Origin: an uncultured Candidatus Rokubacteria bacterium | GTDB lineage: Bacteria > Methylomirabilota > Methylomirabilia > Rokubacteriales > CSP1-6 | Assembly (NCBI GenBank): GCA_963758635.1 | Contig: CAVWWD010000008.1 | Span: 1 to 64,000, forward strand | DNA: 64,000 nt | Direction of reading: 5' to 3' | In this document: positions 59,529-64,000 of the stretch, piece after piece | How positions within the stretch are numbered: position 1 is the stretch's first letter | Layout of the letters: each line of letters opens with the position of its first letter | Position numbers and translations under genes: made by a program | Notes under the pieces: generated by a model | Databases searched by the model: none | What the model saw: only the letters and a program-made list of their open reading frames with translations | Told to the model about the DNA's origin: nothing

Positions 59529-61613
59529 TCAGAGCTTGTCGAGGGCGTCGAGGACCGCGCCCTCGCTCAGGATCTGCGGAAGGACGGCCGGCGCGCCGGC
59601 CTCGCCCCGCGGATACAGCAGGTAGAGCGGCACGCCGCTCCGTCCGTGTGACTCGAGCACGCGCGTGATCGCGGGATCGCGTCGCGTCCAGTCGGCCTTG
59701 AGGGCGACCACGCCCTTGTCGGCGAGCGCCCGGCTGACCGCGGCCGAGCGGAGCGCCACGCGCTCGTTGACCAGGCAGGTGATGCACCACGCGGCCGTCA
59801 CGTTCACGAAGACGGGCGTGCCCCGCGCGCGCAGCTCCGCCACACGGGATGGGCTCCAGGCCTCCCATCCGTCCGCGCTCGTCGCGCCCGCGGGCGGCAC
59901 CGACACCGCGTCGGCCAGCGGCCCGGTGGCGAGCGCGGCCAGCCCGAGCGCGGCCGCCGCGCCGGCGGCAAGCCCGCGCCACGGCCGCGGCGCCGAGCGA
60001 GACCGCGCGTAGAGCCCCACGGCCACGGCCACCAGGACGAGTCCGGCGAGGCCGGCCGCCACGCCGCGCAGTCCGGCCTGCCGGCTGACCACCCAGATGA
60101 GCCAGGCCACCGTCGCGTAGAGCGGCAGCGCCAGGGCGTGCTTGAGCCGCTCCATCCAGGCGCCCGGACGCGGCAGCAGCCCGCGCCACGCCGGCACCAT
60201 GGTGAGGAGCACGTAGGGAAGCGCGAGGCCGGCCCCGAGCGCCTCGAACACGAGGAGGGCGGCCGGCCACGGTTGGGTCAGCGCGAATCCCACCGCGGTG
60301 CCCATGAACGGCGCGGTGCAGGGCGTGGCGGCCACGGTGGCGAGGGCGCCGGTGAAGAACGATCCCGCGTAGCCCGGCCGTGCGGCGAGCGTCTGCCCGA
60401 CGCCGGCGAGGCGCGAGCCGATGGGGAGCAGCCCCGACAGCGACAGGGCCATGACGAACAGCACGGTGGCGAGCGTCGTGACGAACGCCGTCGACTGGAG
60501 CTGGAAGCCCCAGCCGATCTGCTCGCCCCCCGCGCGCAGCGCCACGAGCACGCCGGCGACGACGGCGAACGACGCGAGCACGCCCGCGGCGTAGGCGAGC
60601 CCGTGGCGCCGCAGCTCGGCGGCGGGCCCGGCGCCGTGACGGACGAGGGCCAGCGCCTTCACCGAGAGCACGGGGAGGACGCAGGGCATCAGGTTCAGGA
60701 GGAGTCCGCCGGCCACCGCGAGCCCCATCGCGGTCACCAGCGCGACGAGGGCGGAGCGGCCTCCGCCGCTCGGCTCCGCGCGCACGCTGAACGCGTGCCG
60801 GACGGTGGCGCCGTCCAGCCGCTCGGCGAGGACGAGCACGCCCTCGATGGGGCCGTCGGCGGCGCCGGGCAGCGGACCGCGCGTCATCTCGAGCGTGATG
60901 CGATCGCCGTCGACGCGGGCGTGCTGGGGCGCGGCGTGCTCGATCGGGCCCCAGCGGGAGGGAAAGAAGGCGACGTCCGCGATCCGCCCGGGCGCGAGGC
61001 CGCGCGCGGACACGGTGAGAGAGACAACGTCGCCCGCGGTCGTCACGGACGCTGGCCACGGGGCGGCCTCCGGCACGTCACGGCGCGCAGCGGCGATCAG
61101 CGCCGCGCCGCGCGGGTCGACCGCCGCCGGCCCCGCGGCGACGGGCAGCGTGATCTCGATCGGAGCTTCCTCCGGGATGCAGATCTTCTCGCACACGAGC
61201 CAGCTCGCCCGGCCGCGAAGCGTCACGCGCGTGCCGGGCGCGAGGTTGGACGGGGGCGTGACCGGAAGCGGCAGCACGACCTCCCCCGAGTAGCCGAACG
61301 TCATCGCCGGACCCGCCGGGATCCGCTGGGGATAGGGCCACGCGATCGCTCCCGCCGTGAAGCCGGCCGGCAGCGTCCACTCGATCCGCGCGGGTTCACC
61401 CGAGTCCCCGGGATTGATCCAGTAGGTGTGCCAGCCCGGCGCGATCTCCTGCCGCAGCCCGAGCCAGAAGGCGCGCCCGGGAGCGAGCGCCGCAACGTCG
61501 CTGACGAGCTCGACCCGCACCTTCGGCGCGTCTTCGGCCCTTGCGGGATCGGCGAAGGCGAGCACGAGGAGTGAGAGCACCGCGACGCCGGTAAGCGCGT
61601 GAGGCCGCTTCAT
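59529..61613 (-). CDS. dsbD: Protein-disulfide reductase DsbD family
   Basis: GWHTYWINPGDSG, VCEKICIP, NLMPCVLPVLSVK, ATPCTAPF, AAWCITC. Confidence 0.92.
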   Translation of the reverse strand: MKRPHALTGVAVLSLLVLAFADPARAEDAPKVRVELVSDVAALAPGRAFWLGLRQEIAPGWHTYWINPGDSGEPARIEWTLPAGFTAGAIAWPYPQRIPAGPAMTFGYSGEVVLPLPVTPPSNLAPGTRVTLRGRASWLVCEKICIPEEAPIEITLPVAAGPAAVDPRGAALIAAARRDVPEAAPWPASVTTAGDVVSLTVSARGLAPGRIADVAFFPSRWGPIEHAAPQHARVDGDRITLEMTRGPLPGAADGPIEGVLVLAERLDGATVRHAFSVRAEPSGGGRSALVALVTAMGLAVAGGLLLNLMPCVLPVLSVKALALVRHGAGPAAELRRHGLAYAAGVLASFAVVAGVLVALRAGGEQIGWGFQLQSTAFVTTLATVLFVMALSLSGLLPIGSRLAGVGQTLAARPGYAGSFFTGALATVAATPCTAPFMGTAVGFALTQPWPAALLVFEALGAGLALPYVLLTMVPAWRGLLPRPGAWMERLKHALALPLYATVAWLIWVVSRQAGLRGVAAGLAGLVLVAVAVGLYARSRSAPRPWRGLAAGAAAALGLAALATGPLADAVSVPPAGATSADGWEAWSPSRVAELRARGTPVFVNVTAAWCITCLVNERVALRSAAVSRALADKGVVALKADWTRRDPAITRVLESHGRSGVPLYLLYPRGEAGAPAVLPQILSEGAVLDALDKL

Positions 61614-61636
61614 GCCGGCCCCATTGTCCCACGTCT

Positions 61637-61719
61637 CTCGTGAGCCTCGCGCACCAGACTCATGCCGAGCGGTGGGATTGTAGAGGCCCGTGGCGGTTAC
61701 CGCATTCTGCGAGGGCCTC
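61637..61719 (+). repeat. ~80-bp dispersed repeat, copy 4 of 4
   Basis: Aligns with the other copies; ends ...ctgcgagggcctc followed by taa. Confidence 0.9.
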
Positions 61720-61865
61720 TAAGCGCGCGTGACCGGCTCGCGGTGGACGGCTGGCCGATTATATGTAAGATTGCTTTCGGGGCCGGTCTCGCAAAGGATC
61801 GGCCCTTCTCTCGTCCCGCGGTTCGTCGTGTCAGGTCGTTTCTACGCAGTTCCAAGGAGGTGGGA

Positions 61866-62372
61866 TTGGCCAAGCTCGAAAGCATGATCAAGGAGACTAT
61901 CGCGCGGGGCGCCCGGCGTCAGGTCCGGGCCTCCGTCGTGCCGCTACGGCGCGAGGTGTTCCGGCTCCGGCGCAGGGTGGCGAGCCTGCAAACGACGCTC
62001 GGATCGCTGCAGCGCAGCGCCGCGGCCTGGGAACGCACGCTGAAGGGCACGTCGCCCGTGCCCAAGGTGTCGGAGGAGGAGGCCAAGGCGGCCCGGTTGT
62101 CGCCCCGCTTGATCCTCAGCCTCAGAAAGCGGCTCGGCCTGAGCCAGGCGGGGCTCGCCTCGCTCCTCACCGTGAGCCCCCCGGCGGTCGCGCACTGGGA
62201 GGCGGGCGAGTCGATGCCCGCCGGCCCGAACCGCGCCACGCTCATCGCGCTCCGCAAGGTGGGACGCCGGGAGGCGAAGGACATGCTGGCCCGCAGCATG
62301 AAGAAGGCCGAGGCCCGTCCCGGACGGAGCAAGCGGGCGCGGCGGCGCCCGCGGAAGAAGAAGAAGAAGTGA
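61866..62372 (+). CDS. XRE-type helix-turn-helix protein with N-terminal coiled coil
   Basis: RBS aaggagg and TTG start; LRKRLGLSQAGLASLLTVSPPAVAHWEAG. Confidence 0.85.
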   Translation: MAKLESMIKETIARGARRQVRASVVPLRREVFRLRRRVASLQTTLGSLQRSAAAWERTLKGTSPVPKVSEEEAKAARLSPRLILSLRKRLGLSQAGLASLLTVSPPAVAHWEAGESMPAGPNRATLIALRKVGRREAKDMLARSMKKAEARPGRSKRARRRPRKKKKK

Positions 62373-62443
62373 GGACGCCGGCGCTTACCTGCCGCTGTCG
62401 ATCCCGGAAGACGAAGAAGTGAAGAACGTAAGGAGCCCGGCGG

Positions 62444-64000
62444 CTACCTGACGCTGTCGATCCTCCAGCGATCGTTGACGCGCTTGAAGCGGAACGTGAA
62501 GCTTCCGCTGGTCTGGACGGTCTCGCCGCTGGGCGTGACGATCACGTCCTCTCGCTGGCCGCGAGCCTCCGCCTCGTCGCCGCGCACGTTGATGGCGTCG
62601 ACCTTGAGGCTCAGCCGGTAGCTCCGAGTCTGGGCGAACACCGCTTGATGCCGTGTGATGTCCTCGGAGCGTAGACCCGGCCGGATCTCTCGCAGCAGGC
62701 CGAGGTCCTTCGTCTCGAAGGCGCGCGAGTACGAACGGATCAGCTCCCTGATGTCGGCGTCGGCCGCGCGCGCGGGCGGGGGGGCGCCGCCCGGCGTTCC
62801 CGCGCCGGGGGCGGGCGCGGGCGGCTCCGGAGGCTTCGCCGCCACCGGGGCCACCGCCTTCGCGAAGAGTCCGCCGGCCGCGTCGAACTCTTCCGCGGCC
62901 TCGGCGAAGCGTCGATCGCGGTAGCGCTCCTCGCCCTGGCGCTCACGCGCCAGGCCCCGCTCCATCTCCGTCGTGCCGCTGGCCCCCCGCGCCTTCTCGG
63001 CCAGCATCCGACGCCGGGCCTCGTCCGCGGCGTCCCGCGCCTTGCCCGCGGCCCACGCGCTGCGCTCGGCCTCGCCGTACCGTCGCGTCGCGTCGCCGAG
63101 CGCCGCGATGGCCTCGCGCGCGCGCGCGCCCCGCGCCAGCTCGCCCGCCTCGCGCTCCTTCGCCGCCGCGCCCGCGTAGAGGTCCGGGGTCAGCTGCTCC
63201 GCGCCCGCGCGGCGTGCGCCATCGCGCGCGGCCTCCGTCTGCTGCCGGGCGCCGGCGAGCTCCTGCTCGGCGCGGCGGGCCGTCTCGCTCGCGCCGTGCA
63301 TCCAGTAGAGGCCGAGCACGGCCACGAGGAGGAGGACGGCGCCCACGGCGAGCGTCACGCGTAACCATCCGGAGACGAATGCCGCCGCCCTGCGCCCCGC
63401 GGCTCCGAAGAAACGTCCCGCCCGCGACCGCGTGGTCCCGTCAGCGGCCGCCGGCGGCGTGGGGCGCGTGAACACGCGCGCGGACGGCATCGGGTCAGCC
63501 GGGCCCACGCGGGACGGCGTTGCGATCGACACCGGAGGCATCGACGGCGTTGGCGGCGGCGTCGGCACACGCGCCGGCAGGGGAGTCGGCCGATCCTCGA
63601 TGGCCGTTGCCTCATGGTCCGCCGTCGATCTGCCCGTGTCGGGAGACGTGGCAGTGGCCGGCGGGCTCGCTCCGGCCGGTGTCGGCGTGCTCGGCGGACC
63701 GAGATCGGTGGGCGTGCTCGCCGGGGAGGCCGCCCGATCGGTCGGCTTGGCCGCGCCCGGGACGAGGTCGGTGGGCGTGCCCGTCGCGGGCGGAAGCAGC
63801 TCGGTGGGCCTGGCCGCGCTCGGGGCGACGAGGTCGGTCGACGCGCCCGTCGTGGGCGTCACCCGCTCGGTCGTCGGCGGCCGCGTGGCCCCGGGCCTGG
63901 AGCGGTCGAGGATGACGGTCTCCGCCGCGTCCGACGAGGGCGTTGCCGGACGCGGCGCGACGTCGGGCGCCGGCAGGTGGACGCGCCCGAGCTTCGCTCG
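62444..64000 (-). CDS. C-terminal part of a large membrane protein (Pro/Thr-rich repeats, TM helix, coiled coil, NTF2/SnoaL-like end); possibly a Ser/Thr kinase; 5' end outside the window
   Basis: PTDL/PTEL repeats, TM VTLAVGAVLLLVAVLGLYW, IRELIRSYSRAFETKD...FKRVNDRWRIDSVR. Confidence 0.6.
   Translation of the reverse strand, partial: RAKLGRVHLPAPDVAPRPATPSSDAAETVILDRSRPGATRPPTTERVTPTTGASTDLVAPSAARPTELLPPATGTPTDLVPGAAKPTDRAASPASTPTDLGPPSTPTPAGASPPATATSPDTGRSTADHEATAIEDRPTPLPARVPTPPPTPSMPPVSIATPSRVGPADPMPSARVFTRPTPPAAADGTTRSRAGRFFGAAGRRAAAFVSGWLRVTLAVGAVLLLVAVLGLYWMHGASETARRAEQELAGARQQTEAARDGARRAGAEQLTPDLYAGAAAKEREAGELARGARAREAIAALGDATRRYGEAERSAWAAGKARDAADEARRRMLAEKARGASGTTEMERGLARERQGEERYRDRRFAEAAEEFDAAGGLFAKAVAPVAAKPPEPPAPAPGAGTPGGAPPPARAADADIRELIRSYSRAFETKDLGLLREIRPGLRSEDITRHQAVFAQTRSYRLSLKVDAINVRGDEAEARGQREDVIVTPSGETVQTSGSFTFRFKRVNDRWRIDSVR

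Overview
High-GC bacterial chromosomal window. The gene content suggests Candidatus Rokubacteria/Methylomirabilota (orphan PF04392-type substrate-binding protein, sigma54-AAA+/cyclase/STAND fusion), but this is an inference. Many genes carry single frameshifts typical of an unpolished long-read assembly. The first ~14 kb is a rearranged accessory zone. It holds a minus-strand contractile-injection (T6SS/eCIS)-type effector module with no vgrG or PAAR gene in the window: DUF4123 adaptor, LysM protein, transglutaminase-like candidate toxin and candidate immunity gene. It also holds a TIR-HEAT repeat gene, IS and gene remnants, and three diverged partial duplications. The remainder is mostly catabolic and transport genes: Liv-type ABC, kynureninase, hydantoinase/oxoprolinase A/B, transketolase-like, BVMO, acyl-CoA dehydrogenase, Mo-hydroxylase large subunit, sugar ABC, glycosyltransferases and DsbD/redoxin. 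Other notable items are an ISKra4 element whose 5' ~1.1 kb is massively converted to T (probably a consensus artefact), a four-copy ~80-bp dispersed repeat that supplies in-frame start codons to host genes, a sigma54 activator-STAND fusion facing a sigma54 promoter and small ORF, and several apparently leaderless genes. No rRNA, tRNA or CRISPR array was recognised. All family calls come from motif recognition by eye; no database searches were run.
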